Shown: one piece after another, positions 52,521-63,542 of the stretch
How positions within the stretch are numbered: position 1 is the stretch's first letter
How the letters are laid out: the number at the start of each line of letters is the position of its first letter
Assembly (NCBI GenBank): GCA_041730495.1
Contig: JBGSBR010000004.1
Span: forward strand, 13,836-77,835
Source of the DNA: Weeksellaceae bacterium
Lineage (GTDB): Bacteria; Patescibacteriota; Microgenomatia; UBA1406; GWC2-37-13
Direction of reading: 5' to 3'
Length of the DNA stretch: 64,000 nucleotides
The notes under the pieces: model-generated
What the model saw: the letters and a program-made list of their open reading frames with translations, nothing else
Database searches by the model: none
Told to the model about the DNA's origin: nothing
Position numbers and translations under genes: made by a program

Positions 52521-53438
52521 ATGCTTGATCTGATTTCTATTGGTACGGTGACAATTGATCTTTATTATAAAGGTGAATCTTTGACACATACTAAAGATCG
52601 CTTCGAGCTTGCAGTGGGAGGTAAATATTTTTCTGAGATCTTTTATCAAGGTCTTGGCGGCGGTGGCGCCAATGTAGCGATCGGTGTAGCGAAACATGAT
52701 CTCAAGACAGCACTTGTCGCACATATCGGTGAAAATCCTTTCAAAAAAATAATTCAAGATAAACTCGAAGCGGAAAAAGTCCGTTACGATGCATTTTGTT
52801 CGTACCATCAAGATTATTTAAACATCTCTTCAATCTTACTGACTGAAAAAGGAGAAAAAACGATTGTAAACTACCGTACTCCTCATCAACATATTGTGAC
52901 CTGTGATGCTGATTATGAACTGTTTTTGAAAAGTAAGGCAATCTATTTAGCTAGCTTATCTTCCGTGGCGCTCACTGAGCGCATCAATGTATTGCAGTTT
53001 GCTCAGAAGCATAATGTGCAGACTTTTGCGAATCTCAACGTCACGGATTGCCGCAGACCACTGAATCAAATCACTGATTTTCTCAAGCATGTCGATGTTT
53101 TCATCATCAACTCACATGAGTTTGCAGATATCGTGAAAACGACCCATACGGCAATTGATTTTCATACTAATTTGCACAAGAAATTCGCATCTATTTTCAG
53201 TGAGCGTCAGATCGTCGTGGTCACTGCTGGTAAGAGTGGCAGCTTCGCGTACACGAGTGAAAAAATGTATCACGAACCCGCTGTGAAGGATGTGCAAGTA
53301 GATGATACCACTGGTGCGGGTGATGCCTTTACAGCCGGATTTATCAGCTCATACCTCAAGAACCAAGATCTTCAAAAAGCACTTCATGATGGCGCTGCAT
53401 ATTCAGTCAAAATTTTGACGAAGTTGGGGGCGAACTAA
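52521..53438 (+). CDS. PfkB-family carbohydrate kinase
   Basis: GG motif LGGGGANVA and C-terminal DTTGAGDAF. Confidence 0.85.
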   Translation: MLDLISIGTVTIDLYYKGESLTHTKDRFELAVGGKYFSEIFYQGLGGGGANVAIGVAKHDLKTALVAHIGENPFKKIIQDKLEAEKVRYDAFCSYHQDYLNISSILLTEKGEKTIVNYRTPHQHIVTCDADYELFLKSKAIYLASLSSVALTERINVLQFAQKHNVQTFANLNVTDCRRPLNQITDFLKHVDVFIINSHEFADIVKTTHTAIDFHTNLHKKFASIFSERQIVVVTAGKSGSFAYTSEKMYHEPAVKDVQVDDTTGAGDAFTAGFISSYLKNQDLQKALHDGAAYSVKILTKLGAN

Positions 53439-54722
53439 TTACGGAAGTAGTGAACGAAAGAAGAGTTTCAGTTTATCTACAAAATCCTCGTTAACAAGCT
53501 GCATCTCTACGTGTCCTAGATCAGTATCTGCTTCTTTGAGTGTGACAACCCGTTGTGAGTAATCATCTTTCATGATAGAGATCTCATAATCTTCGATAAC
53601 AGGGATAGCAAATAAACCATCTTTATCAGATTTTACATGGCGTTTTTGAGTCATGATTGTCATGTCACCGATACCATTTCCATTGATATCTACGATTTTT
53701 CCAGTGATCATACGGGGTTTGAAGTATTTGCGCAGTACTGCGACACCAGCTTTTGGAGTTGCATCATCAGACCAAAGTTCAGTACTACCACCACGACTGA
53801 CCCAGTAATTGATAGCTTCGATATTTTCATTATCTTTCAGTAAATCAAAGGTTTCTTCGAGATAATCTGCTTGTTCTTCTGGTGTCATTTCACCATGAAT
53901 ATCAGGTATTGGTGCGCCCCATTCACCGAGTACGACTTTACCACCACTTTGACGTGCGTAATCATCGATGTCTTCGACAAGTTGCTGAGGTGATTTCACA
54001 TAATGATCGACTGCAATGATGCCATCTAGTTGTTTGGTGGTTTCTTTATCCATGATAAGTCGTGCGACATCACCATTTGTCGAGTAGTAATTAGCTATCA
54101 CAGATTTATTGATATCTTTGAAGGCTTGTTTGACGACTTTGTATTCATTGATGATAAAGCTGCGATAGCCTTCGGTGTCTTGAGTCATACGAGGATCACC
54201 TGGTCCTCCGTTTTCGCACTCTGGACAAGATACGAAGATATCGCCATCCTCAAACAATGTTGGATTTTCTAAGATGAAGTCTTTGACTGACTGTGTATGG
54301 ACTGTGCGATCGATACGAGGATACTCAAACCAGCCTTCCCAGCCAGCCATGTTACCTCGGAACCAAACCTTCAGTTTATACTTGCGAGCAGCTTCGATCC
54401 ATTTACTCATATAAGGGATAAACTCGGCATCATATGGCGTACCGATGGCGACGTGAGTCGCGCCAGTTTTGGCGATCTCGCGGACTTGATTATCTATTAG
54501 GATGTCAAATTCAGGATTATTCGCTCCTTCGCGTGCGGCATCGCGTGAGTATTTCATGGTATCGATACTTTGCACTGGCCAGTAAGCACTTGGCGCTGCA
54601 GGTGTGCCCAGTGGATCAAGTACGAGTTTGTGTCTGAAGCTTAAGATCAGAAGTGCTGTGATACTGACGATTATTGCAAAAATAGTATAGAGACGCAGTG
54701 GTGTTATCTTGCGGACTTTCAT
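53439..54722 (-). CDS. Membrane-anchored putative glycoside hydrolase-like TIM-barrel protein with a C-terminal beta-sandwich
   Basis: N-terminal TM helix, a GEWG nucleophile-like motif, and a C-terminal GKIVDINGNGIGDMTIM segment resembling carboxypeptidase-regulatory-like domains. Low certainty. Confidence 0.35.
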   Translation of the reverse strand: MKVRKITPLRLYTIFAIIVSITALLILSFRHKLVLDPLGTPAAPSAYWPVQSIDTMKYSRDAAREGANNPEFDILIDNQVREIAKTGATHVAIGTPYDAEFIPYMSKWIEAARKYKLKVWFRGNMAGWEGWFEYPRIDRTVHTQSVKDFILENPTLFEDGDIFVSCPECENGGPGDPRMTQDTEGYRSFIINEYKVVKQAFKDINKSVIANYYSTNGDVARLIMDKETTKQLDGIIAVDHYVKSPQQLVEDIDDYARQSGGKVVLGEWGAPIPDIHGEMTPEEQADYLEETFDLLKDNENIEAINYWVSRGGSTELWSDDATPKAGVAVLRKYFKPRMITGKIVDINGNGIGDMTIMTQKRHVKSDKDGLFAIPVIEDYEISIMKDDYSQRVVTLKEADTDLGHVEMQLVNEDFVDKLKLFFRSLLP

Positions 54723-54729
54723 AGGTGTA

Positions 54730-55995
54730 TTATACCTGTTTATAGACCAAAATGGTTGGCTTATTGTACCGAGCTAATGTGATAGTTTTGTAGGTTGTAG
54801 TATCATATGCAGCGGATAGTTTATATCCTAGTATTTCTGTTGATTGAGATGTCGGATCAGGCAGGTACTTTACTAATTTATTACCACAGATACCTGAGAT
54901 TGGTTGCTCTCCTTCACGGAAATTGATCCAGGATTCTTTAAACTCGCTTTCAAGCCACTGTTTCGCTTTACCTAGTGATACGGCACCTGGGTACTCTAGC
55001 GACTCTTTCCAATATGATTCTCCCCAATGTTGCATGAAATTATCATGGTCGGCAAACTGCCAGATGCCATGTGCACCATAACAATGACCAGCAGCTCCAG
55101 CAAAGATACTTTGCCAAAACGCTGATTGTTGAAGAGTGATATCAGTTTGATTCATAATCCCTTCATACAATGGCTCAAGGTTTAGATATGGTTTATTCCC
55201 TAGTTTTGCTTTTGTGAAATTACGATTCATATTCTCGTCTCCTTGCTGCGGACTATGGCCTGACTGGAAGGTATCGATATCGATCCAGCTCGTATCCGTA
55301 AATAGCTCTGAAGCTAGTTTGGCGGCATGTGGATGTACCATCAGTGGATGATGAGCTTTATTTAGTTTTTGGATCTGTTTTGCGATCTGCTGCCAGCTAG
55401 CTAGTCGGATACCAAGTAACCCTTGATTTTGAAATTTGCGAGATAGTGAATGCGCTTTGCGCAGTGGTGTGATTTTGTGAAGAAGCTTCATTGCGAAAGA
55501 AGTTTTCAGCTCTGGATTTACGGGGAAAATATCGACTTCACCAGTAACTGAGTAAATCGCTGGATATTTTTGTGTCATTTTGATAATTTGTTGCCAAAGT
55601 TGCAACATACCTGTCTCACCTACTATATCGATATGATTCCCCCACGAACCATAGATAATGGGTACGAGTTGATGTTTGATCAAGATCTCAAGTTTAGGTT
55701 GAATATCGGTGAAATAAGCAGGGTTTACAGTACAATCTTTGTGAAATGGAAGTACACCATTGGTACTTCTCGCATTGTCATCGACAACTGATGTCTCAGG
55801 TGGAGGGCCGACGACTAGTTGGATTGCCGTGAATCCTTGGGCTTTGCGTTTTTGTATGATTGTTTCGAAATCTTTTAAACTTACCCGTTTAGTAAGTCCA
55901 TACCAGAAGGTATCGGCGAGAAGGAAAAAAGGGGTGTTGTTTTCCCAGAATAAATGATTGTTCTTAATCTGCAGTTTTTTACCAAAATAAGCCAT
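54730..55995 (-). CDS. DUF4038/GH140-like glycoside hydrolase-fold protein
   Basis: The N-terminus NNHLFWENNTPFFLLADTFWYGL...GFTAIQLVV matches my recollection of the DUF4038 family. Confidence 0.5.
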   Translation of the reverse strand: MAYFGKKLQIKNNHLFWENNTPFFLLADTFWYGLTKRVSLKDFETIIQKRKAQGFTAIQLVVGPPPETSVVDDNARSTNGVLPFHKDCTVNPAYFTDIQPKLEILIKHQLVPIIYGSWGNHIDIVGETGMLQLWQQIIKMTQKYPAIYSVTGEVDIFPVNPELKTSFAMKLLHKITPLRKAHSLSRKFQNQGLLGIRLASWQQIAKQIQKLNKAHHPLMVHPHAAKLASELFTDTSWIDIDTFQSGHSPQQGDENMNRNFTKAKLGNKPYLNLEPLYEGIMNQTDITLQQSAFWQSIFAGAAGHCYGAHGIWQFADHDNFMQHWGESYWKESLEYPGAVSLGKAKQWLESEFKESWINFREGEQPISGICGNKLVKYLPDPTSQSTEILGYKLSAAYDTTTYKTITLARYNKPTILVYKQV

Positions 55996-56058
55996 AGTTT
56001 ATTATAGCTGGATATTCGTTTGACACCATCTTTTTCACTCCTGTAGGAGTACAAAACA

Positions 56059-56145
56059 GCAATAGATTCTGTCAGTCGGCTTTACCCATAAGTGCTCGCT
56101 GTTCGTTGCGCGCTTATGGGTCCCTTTCCTCCTGCCACCGATTGC
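56059..56145. repeat. 87-bp intergenic hairpin repeat, copy 2
   Basis: 81/87 identical to 2660..2746. Perfect central stem ACCCATAAG/CTTATGGGT. Lies between the stop of 56172..57416 and the start of 54730..55995. Confidence 0.7.
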
Positions 56146-56171
56146 TGATCAAGATAAATTATCAATTCTTA

Positions 56172-57416
56172 TTAAATAGATTGTTTGATTAGTCGTGTAG
56201 CAGCATTATCTGGAAGTTCGACATCAGCAAGTGAGATTTTTTGGTCGATTGCGATATCATTTTTGAGTACTGCTCCGTGTCCGAGACCGGCTGGGAGCAT
56301 CATTGCGTTTTCATCTTCACGACAAATATCACCACGCATTGTGTCTCCACCGATACCATCAAGTATCTCCCCTGCTTTAAGATCGCGTTTTGCATAGGTT
56401 ACGGTGCGCATACGAGGTGCAGTTGAGTTATTGATGATGGGTTGTTTGAGAGTGACGAGTTCAATGATACTTTGGGCAACTTCTAAGTGACACAAGTGAT
56501 ATGGCTCAAATAGTGCATATCGAGGACCTTCACCAAGACCGAGATATCTCAGATATTTTTGTTGATGTGGTGATGTGTGCTCGACGAGACAGAAAACTCC
56601 AGGAAATAATCCAAGTCCTAGTCCGTAATCGACGATACCATTTTCAGGAATTTTTTCATCTGTAAATGCAGTATTTGCTTCTTTGATATCATTGATCATC
56701 GCACCTTTCATGCCTTCTTTCAAAATATCGAAACCAAAATAATTAGCAACGAGATTCATCTCAATAGCTTGTTTGGTACCATCAGTGAAAGATACTGTTT
56801 GACGTACGGCAAGACCTTTGTCATCTGCCCATGGCTGCATCTTTGCTTGTGTCGCATAATTATCACGATAGCGTTTCATATTTCCAGCAACCAAGATCTT
56901 GAATCCCATCATGCGTGAAGTAGTCAGTAATCGTGCTAGACTCCCTGGTTGATCACCATAGACATCACTGATCATCAGTCCTTTAGTATCAGTGAGTTTC
57001 TTTAGCTCTGTGCCGACTGTTACTTGAAGCTCAGGATTCATAGTCAAGATATGCTTGCCGCCTTCGATGGCTTTTAGCACTACTTCGGTACCATAAGCGA
57101 CTGTGCCAGTGACTTCGAGTAAGATTTCGTTTGGAAAATCTCTGACGAGATCAAGATTGTCAGAAACTGAGATGATATTTTGTACTTTATTGGATTGGAT
57201 CTCAGCTACTGTATCGACGACAGCTGCTTTGAAACCATATTTTTCGAGATATGCGACACTTTCTCCAGGTCTACGACTGACGACGAGTGCTATACGTAAG
57301 TTGGGTAAATTACGTGAGCCATCGATGAAGCCAAAACCCATAAAACCCAGACCACTGACGATGACATCAATTGGTTCTGTTCTGTTTTCAAGTGTTTTTA
57401 AAAGATATTGGTGCAT
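56172..57416 (-). CDS. NAD(P)-binding oxidoreductase with a C-terminal SAF domain (COG4091-like)
   Basis: N-terminal Rossmann VIVSGLGFMGFG and a C-terminal RDLKAGEILDGIGG SAF-like segment. Confidence 0.55.
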   Translation of the reverse strand: MHQYLLKTLENRTEPIDVIVSGLGFMGFGFIDGSRNLPNLRIALVVSRRPGESVAYLEKYGFKAAVVDTVAEIQSNKVQNIISVSDNLDLVRDFPNEILLEVTGTVAYGTEVVLKAIEGGKHILTMNPELQVTVGTELKKLTDTKGLMISDVYGDQPGSLARLLTTSRMMGFKILVAGNMKRYRDNYATQAKMQPWADDKGLAVRQTVSFTDGTKQAIEMNLVANYFGFDILKEGMKGAMINDIKEANTAFTDEKIPENGIVDYGLGLGLFPGVFCLVEHTSPHQQKYLRYLGLGEGPRYALFEPYHLCHLEVAQSIIELVTLKQPIINNSTAPRMRTVTYAKRDLKAGEILDGIGGDTMRGDICREDENAMMLPAGLGHGAVLKNDIAIDQKISLADVELPDNAATRLIKQSI

Positions 57417-57417
57417 A

Positions 57418-59028
57418 TTAGTTTTGGTCTGGGAATACCTCTGTGGTATTCAACTGATCTAAGTACTTGTCATCGAGTTGATAGATGTCAGCAAACGGAT
57501 ATGTTTTTATAAGCTTATATCGTTTAAAGCCAGGTGTGTTTTTGATAAGTCGGAATGTTTGATCATTGTCATCATTTGTACGCAAGATGATCCAACGTGC
57601 CCATCGATCTGGTGATGCAATTGCACTATCCCAGTAATCACCCGTACCTTCATGGATGAATTTTTTCATTGGAAGTCCTGATGAGAACAAGATGGCATCA
57701 TGTGATGCTGCAGAGATCAAGATAAATCCCTCTTTGTCTTTTGCATTTTCAGCAAGCCAGCCACTGACCTCAGTGACGTTTTTCTGACTTGATCCGACGC
57801 GACCGTCATCGATAGTGACTGCATCATAGCTGACAAATGAGAATAGTAAGACAAAACTCAAAGCAACAAGCAGCGGAATACGTACTGAAGCACGAGCTCG
57901 ATCTAATAAATAGCCAGCGAAGATGGCGATACTTGGCACCAACATGATACCGTAGCGGACGTTGAACCAACTATTACCACTGATACCTTGAACGAAAAGT
58001 ACTGAGTGACCAAAGTACAATGCAATGACATTGAAAACAAGTGGTGCAAATAATGCAATTGTACCTAGTTTAATTTTAGATTTTAGTTTTTTGTCGAAAT
58101 ATAATACGACTGCTCCCGCTAGTCCAAGAAGCGTGATAAACATATTTGAGTTGTAAATCAACGCATAGAGATATATTTTGATTGAAAGTGGCAGATTGTG
58201 TTCGGTGGCAAGGATACCGGCGTCGGCCAGCTGTGTTTGTTGAGCATGTGCAGAGTATGGTCCAAACGCAAAGTACAATGGATCACCGAAAATGATCAAG
58301 TTCCAAAGTAACCATAAGATGACTCCAAATCCACCAAGAGTACAGAATAGTAAGAATGTACCTTCAGCAGCTTTGTAACCAGATTTTTTCCAGATGAAAA
58401 TAGTGACAATCATCGCAGTCACAAAAAGCAAGAACCAACCATCATAACGGATTAGTGTTGCAAGCATGACAAAGAATGATGTACGAATGAAATCAACCAT
58501 TTGCTGTTTTTCGATCCAGACGAGCAGATAGTATGATGCTGCAGTCATGGTCGCAATCAACAGAAGTTCTGTCATCGCGGTAGACTGAAGATACAAAATA
58601 TTGATGTTGGTGATGAATATAAGCACACCCATTAGTCGTCCAAATATAGAGACGCCTAAGTGTTGTAAGAATCGATAGATCAGATATGCAGTAGCTATAA
58701 ATGCAATCATAGATTGCAATGCACCGGCAAGACCGGTATGCCACATAAAATCATTCCAGATAGTTGGAATCATCAGCACGTGTGGCAGTGGTAGCCAAAC
58801 AGAACCGATCTGAGCAAAGCCAGGTTTCAAGCCTTCGACGACACGGCGACCGATATTGAGATGTGAACGAGCATCATTGTAAGCCAGTCCCAGTCCATTT
58901 TGCAAGAAATGCACGAAACAATAGACTGATATCACTGTAACCAAAAACATCAGAAGATGCAGATGGTATTTGATAAACCATTGTTTGATTCGTTCTACGG
59001 CATTGGTAGGAATTGAGATATTAAACAT
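57418..59028 (-). CDS. Polytopic GT-C-fold glycosyltransferase (ArnT/PMT-like)
   Basis: At least 10 TM helices followed by a soluble C-terminal domain. ATG 59028 is used because the tracked start overlaps the upstream gene by 74 nt. Confidence 0.55.
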   Translation of the reverse strand: MFNISIPTNAVERIKQWFIKYHLHLLMFLVTVISVYCFVHFLQNGLGLAYNDARSHLNIGRRVVEGLKPGFAQIGSVWLPLPHVLMIPTIWNDFMWHTGLAGALQSMIAFIATAYLIYRFLQHLGVSIFGRLMGVLIFITNINILYLQSTAMTELLLIATMTAASYYLLVWIEKQQMVDFIRTSFFVMLATLIRYDGWFLLFVTAMIVTIFIWKKSGYKAAEGTFLLFCTLGGFGVILWLLWNLIIFGDPLYFAFGPYSAHAQQTQLADAGILATEHNLPLSIKIYLYALIYNSNMFITLLGLAGAVVLYFDKKLKSKIKLGTIALFAPLVFNVIALYFGHSVLFVQGISGNSWFNVRYGIMLVPSIAIFAGYLLDRARASVRIPLLVALSFVLLFSFVSYDAVTIDDGRVGSSQKNVTEVSGWLAENAKDKEGFILISAASHDAILFSSGLPMKKFIHEGTGDYWDSAIASPDRWARWIILRTNDDNDQTFRLIKNTPGFKRYKLIKTYPFADIYQLDDKYLDQLNTTEVFPDQN

Positions 59029-59029
59029 A

Positions 59030-60574
59030 TTATGCGTTGTGACGTTTCCACATCGTAACTGAGTAATATCCAGTGATAAGGATGATGATGCCTGTGATGA
59101 CACTACTTTCGATGATCCACATTGTTTTAGCTGGTGTATCTTTCAAAAGATAGGTATTTATCAATGAATAACTTTGATTGTTCTCAATCAGTTGATAATT
59201 ATATTCATAAGTGTATGGGATTTTTGTTGACAGATTTTCTGCTTCTTGTTTTGGTGGGATTCCAGTTGTGGTCGCTGCACCAAGCATACTGACGAATACG
59301 CTGTACCCAATAAGAATGGCTGTAATGAGCAACATAATGATATTTTTACGCCATTTAACGATAGCAAACGGGATAAAGAGTGCTACCATGGCTGCACCCG
59401 GTATCAAGTAGCGAGCACCAAATGACCAACCACCCCAGTGATCACCGAACATACTGTAAAGCAAGATGTTTATCAAAACGACACTCAGTGGCACAGTTAA
59501 AATCTCATTCAGATCTTTGTTTTTATATACAAAGTACATGCCGATGATACCAATAAGTAAGATTGGTGAGTAGTACATCCAACCACGTTCGTCACTGATA
59601 AGTAAGATGTATAAACCATTTAACATGAGCCGAGTAACAAATGGTGAGTTATCACCAACATCATCAAACTTTTCAGCTTCTTTTTTTACTACTGGTTGAG
59701 GTGTATCGACGGTTTTCTCTACTTCTATAGTACGACCGACAAACTGTGGAGGTAAGGTAGGATTTCCAGTTAGATCCTTGTTGTAATATCCGAAGAACAT
59801 TAAGAGCGGGATCAGTCCGACGAGCATTGCAACAAAAATAAATCGCATATTAATTTTGAAATATTCTTTTACATGAGTGACTGAGAAATGTCGGAAGAAC
59901 TGATACACCACAATTGGTAGCATCAAAAATGCGTTTGGTACATCGATAAGTAAACCGGCACCAAACAGTAAACCAAGTAAGATATTACGAATAATGTTGG
60001 GTTTGTAGAGCGTAATCAAAACGCCAGCTAACACACAGAATGTACTCATGATATGTTGTGTCAGATAGAGTGAATAGACAACTGCATTGGTTGCAAATAT
60101 ATATGTAAGTCCTGCGACAATTTGCATACTAAGCGGTAGTCCATAACGACGGGTTATCGCCATAATAAGAGCTAAACATCCTATTGCGAAGATCACATTT
60201 AATAGATATGTTGTAAATTGCTCATAACCAAACATTGATCCCAGCATATACAACGGATACCCAGCCATGGATACACCTGGTGCGAAAATCGTGTAGTATC
60301 TTCGATCACTGCCGCCGACATCAGGACTGGCGAAACTAGCAAGTGTTTTATCGAAGTAAAAAGTTCCGTTTTCAGCCAAAGCTTGTACCAGTGCGTAGCG
60401 TGATGTACTTCCCGATGATTCAAATGGTCCGCCCACATGACGATCTTGGACTACTTGGTAGTAAGGTACTCCTTGAGGATGTACTTTCATATTTAGTACA
60501 AGAGCCACAACAGCAAATGCTAGTACAAAAAGTACAGCAAAAAGATTACGAATTGTGATCAGATGTTTTTTCAT
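59030..60574 (-). CDS. Polytopic GT-C-fold glycosyltransferase (ArnT/PMT-like), tandem partner
   Basis: At least 10 TM helices and the same general architecture as the adjacent gene. Confidence 0.55.
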   Translation of the reverse strand: MKKHLITIRNLFAVLFVLAFAVVALVLNMKVHPQGVPYYQVVQDRHVGGPFESSGSTSRYALVQALAENGTFYFDKTLASFASPDVGGSDRRYYTIFAPGVSMAGYPLYMLGSMFGYEQFTTYLLNVIFAIGCLALIMAITRRYGLPLSMQIVAGLTYIFATNAVVYSLYLTQHIMSTFCVLAGVLITLYKPNIIRNILLGLLFGAGLLIDVPNAFLMLPIVVYQFFRHFSVTHVKEYFKINMRFIFVAMLVGLIPLLMFFGYYNKDLTGNPTLPPQFVGRTIEVEKTVDTPQPVVKKEAEKFDDVGDNSPFVTRLMLNGLYILLISDERGWMYYSPILLIGIIGMYFVYKNKDLNEILTVPLSVVLINILLYSMFGDHWGGWSFGARYLIPGAAMVALFIPFAIVKWRKNIIMLLITAILIGYSVFVSMLGAATTTGIPPKQEAENLSTKIPYTYEYNYQLIENNQSYSLINTYLLKDTPAKTMWIIESSVITGIIILITGYYSVTMWKRHNA

Positions 60575-60577
60575 GGG

Positions 60578-61717
60578 TTACAGTAATTCTTTCATAAATG
60601 AAACAAGTTTGTTGGCGACTTGTTCTGGTTTAAACTCTTTTTTGAAAAGGTCATTCCCCGACTCTGCAATATGTTTACGCAGTGTTGGATCATTTTTCAG
60701 CTCAAGTACTGCATTAGCGAGTGCTTGTGGATCTGCTGGTTTGACGAGATACATATTTTCTTTGTGTTTGAAAAGTGATCGAGTGACTGCTGCATCCGCG
60801 GTAAGTACTACTTTATTTAATGCCAGACCTTGATAGATTTTGTTTGGGATGATACGGTCCACACTAGGGTGTTTCTCGAGGAATCCGAGGAAAATATCAC
60901 CTTTTTCGATGATTGCTGGATGCTGATCAAGAGGTGTATTTGGATAAAACACACAGTTTGTCAGACCATATTTTTGCGCTTTGTCATAGTTGCGTTGGAA
61001 GGCGTTACCATTTCCGACGAAGGTAAAGACAATATCTTTATCAGCTTTCAAGATGCGAGCCGCTTCGATGATGTAATCGACACCATGAATTGGACTATAT
61101 AAACCATAGTACACCACATTAAGTTTCTTATCTTTGTTGGTATACGGAGTATATCGATAATAACTATCATCGGCACCAATAGGTAAGACTCTAATTTTTT
61201 CTTTTTTGACATTAAGTTGTTCGATCAAGAATGTTTCTTGAAGAGGTGTATCCGCAAAAACCATATCACAGATGTTGTAAATCAATGACTCTCCCCATTT
61301 GGCAGCACGCCCCATGAAGGATTCTTTGTTCAGTATTCCCTGCTCTTCGGCAAAGCCAGTATAGAAAATCAGCTGAGGATTGAACACTAGTTTGATACCA
61401 AGAATTTTGGCCAGTGGCCATGCGATGAAGACATCGAAATGTCCAGGATAACCGACATAGATTACATCACATGTTTTGAGCTCTTTCCAGTGTTTGGCGA
61501 TCTCAGTAAAGATACGATATTTACGTAAAATACGCATGATAAAATTGCCCCAGTTCATCTCTTTTTTAGTATCCAGACGGGTGACTTTGATTTCTGCATT
61601 AACTTCGATTACTTTTGCATTGATTTTATGCAGTGCTTCAAGCATCAGTTTATTTGACGTAAAGCTACGGTCATAGGTACCGAAGAAACAGATTGTTGGT
61701 TGTTTTTGAGTGTTCAT
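60578..61717 (-). CDS. GT-B-fold glycosyltransferase (GT4-like)
   Basis: Size and a C-terminal nucleotide-sugar-binding region pattern. Confidence 0.7.
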   Translation of the reverse strand: MNTQKQPTICFFGTYDRSFTSNKLMLEALHKINAKVIEVNAEIKVTRLDTKKEMNWGNFIMRILRKYRIFTEIAKHWKELKTCDVIYVGYPGHFDVFIAWPLAKILGIKLVFNPQLIFYTGFAEEQGILNKESFMGRAAKWGESLIYNICDMVFADTPLQETFLIEQLNVKKEKIRVLPIGADDSYYRYTPYTNKDKKLNVVYYGLYSPIHGVDYIIEAARILKADKDIVFTFVGNGNAFQRNYDKAQKYGLTNCVFYPNTPLDQHPAIIEKGDIFLGFLEKHPSVDRIIPNKIYQGLALNKVVLTADAAVTRSLFKHKENMYLVKPADPQALANAVLELKNDPTLRKHIAESGNDLFKKEFKPEQVANKLVSFMKELL

Positions 61718-62610
61718 AGTTTAGATGATGTCGCAACTTCCCACTGAGCTTTTTGTTTAGGATTAATTAATGTCTTGAATTTAATATAACTCAGTAACCC
61801 GACATATGCGGTCATACTGACTGGATGCTTCAATACTGATTGCACAAGATGCTTCATTACTAGATTACGAGGAATGGTATATTCTTGCTTTAATACTTCG
61901 GATGATACATATTTAGTTAACTGTTTTTGTGATCGATAAAAGCGCATGCTTTGTTTCATATGATCTCCCACTGTTTGTGGTAGTGTATAAAACACTTTGG
62001 CAGATTGCACATATTGATAAGGCAGCTTCAATGATTTAGCAGTGAGATAAGCCCATGCATCGTCTGCGATAATATCTTTGTACTCGATTTTTTGATAGAG
62101 CTTACGACTCATACAAAGTGCTCTTCCATGACAGGTATACAGATTATTACCTGTATTCCATGTTTCATACATCGCAAGTTTAAACTCAGTCGATTTATCA
62201 AGGATCTTCGTAAAAAGATTTGTAGGTTTGAGTGCTACTACCTGAGCTGTAGTCAGATCAGCTTTTCCTGCTGCTATTGGTGCTACAAGTTTATCGATAA
62301 AAGATGTGTCTTTGATCGTAATATCTGCATCACAGACGATGAGAGCATCTGCTGTAGCCTTACTCACAATCTGATCTAAGACGGTTGCTTTACCTTGACG
62401 GTTTTTGTTGACGATGAGTACGAGGTTTTTGAGTTTTAGCTCTCTTAGTTTTGTTTCGGTCTGATCTGTACAGCCATCGAGAGCGACGATGATTTTATCT
62501 AGTTGATAGATTGCATTTTTTTGCGCTACGATAGCTTTCACCAATCGAGTGATAGTTTTTTGCTCGTTGTAAGCTGGGATGCCGATGTTGATAGTTAAAA
62601 GATTTTTCAT
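61714..62610 (-). CDS. Family 2 glycosyltransferase
   Basis: INIGIPAYNE start and the DxD-type motifs DGCTD and CDAD. Confidence 0.85.
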   Translation of the reverse strand: MKNLLTINIGIPAYNEQKTITRLVKAIVAQKNAIYQLDKIIVALDGCTDQTETKLRELKLKNLVLIVNKNRQGKATVLDQIVSKATADALIVCDADITIKDTSFIDKLVAPIAAGKADLTTAQVVALKPTNLFTKILDKSTEFKLAMYETWNTGNNLYTCHGRALCMSRKLYQKIEYKDIIADDAWAYLTAKSLKLPYQYVQSAKVFYTLPQTVGDHMKQSMRFYRSQKQLTKYVSSEVLKQEYTIPRNLVMKHLVQSVLKHPVSMTAYVGLLSYIKFKTLINPKQKAQWEVATSSKL

Positions 62611-63542
62611 AGTATGATTGCAGCTTTTGACGATGCTGTTGATTCCCAGATGCCTTGCATCACTTCGTGATGTTGATATGGGTAAATGCGGATTACGATA
62701 TTCATAAGTACTGCACCAGCTGTGTAAAACGGTTGTTTAAACATCCAATGTAACAGTGCCATAAGTAAATATTTGCGTGGCATCGTATATTCACGCATCA
62801 AGGTTTCTTTGCCAAAATGTTCTTCGACACTAGCTTTGTCTCCACGGACAGATCTTACACTTAGTACGAGCCAGTCATTAAATGTAGTGACAGTACGGAA
62901 AACGACGTGTGCTTCTTTTACTAAATCAAATGAGTTTGCTTGTAATTTTTGTGCTGTTAGATAAAGATAATTCTGATCAGAGATAACAGATTTTGGATAC
63001 TTAAATGATTTATATAGTTGTTTGCGAATCATACTGCAACAACCCATCAGTGCATAAATATTATGTCCGTTATGTAGTTTCAAGATTGCTTCTTCAAAAA
63101 AGAGATATGAATACACTGCGAATTTACCCATAAGTGTATTAGCTTTAAGAGGTACATAACGTGGACCCACCAGTAATAACTCTTCATTTTCGAGCATACG
63201 TTGAGCCATGAGATCAATATCATTTTTATTTTCAAACACTACATCTGCATCGATTGTGATGAGAGTATCAGTTGTCGCTAGTTTTGTAATCATATTGAGG
63301 CGTGTAGCTTTGCCAGTGCGTTTACCATCATTTAGAAGCACTATATTTTTAGTTTTATGTTTCTTGATAAAACTTTCAACAATCGCGGCAGTATTATCAG
63401 TACAGCCATCACACACAACATAGATTTTTTTCAAATCAAAGTTAGTTTGTTTTTGTTTCAAAATAGTTAACAATAACTGTTTTATATTTTGCTCTTCATT
63501 ATGAGCTGGGATGCCAATAGTTAACGTTAATTTGTTTTTCAT
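62607..63542 (-). CDS. Family 2 glycosyltransferase, paralog
   Basis: LTIGIPAHNEE, DGCTDN, IDAD. ATG 63542 forms an ATGA overlap with the upstream stop. Confidence 0.85.
   Translation of the reverse strand: MKNKLTLTIGIPAHNEEQNIKQLLLTILKQKQTNFDLKKIYVVCDGCTDNTAAIVESFIKKHKTKNIVLLNDGKRTGKATRLNMITKLATTDTLITIDADVVFENKNDIDLMAQRMLENEELLLVGPRYVPLKANTLMGKFAVYSYLFFEEAILKLHNGHNIYALMGCCSMIRKQLYKSFKYPKSVISDQNYLYLTAQKLQANSFDLVKEAHVVFRTVTTFNDWLVLSVRSVRGDKASVEEHFGKETLMREYTMPRKYLLMALLHWMFKQPFYTAGAVLMNIVIRIYPYQHHEVMQGIWESTASSKAAIIL

Noticed and set aside
52464-52811. 115-aa minus-strand ORF
   Set aside because: It is antisense to the well-supported PfkB kinase gene and spans its promoter.
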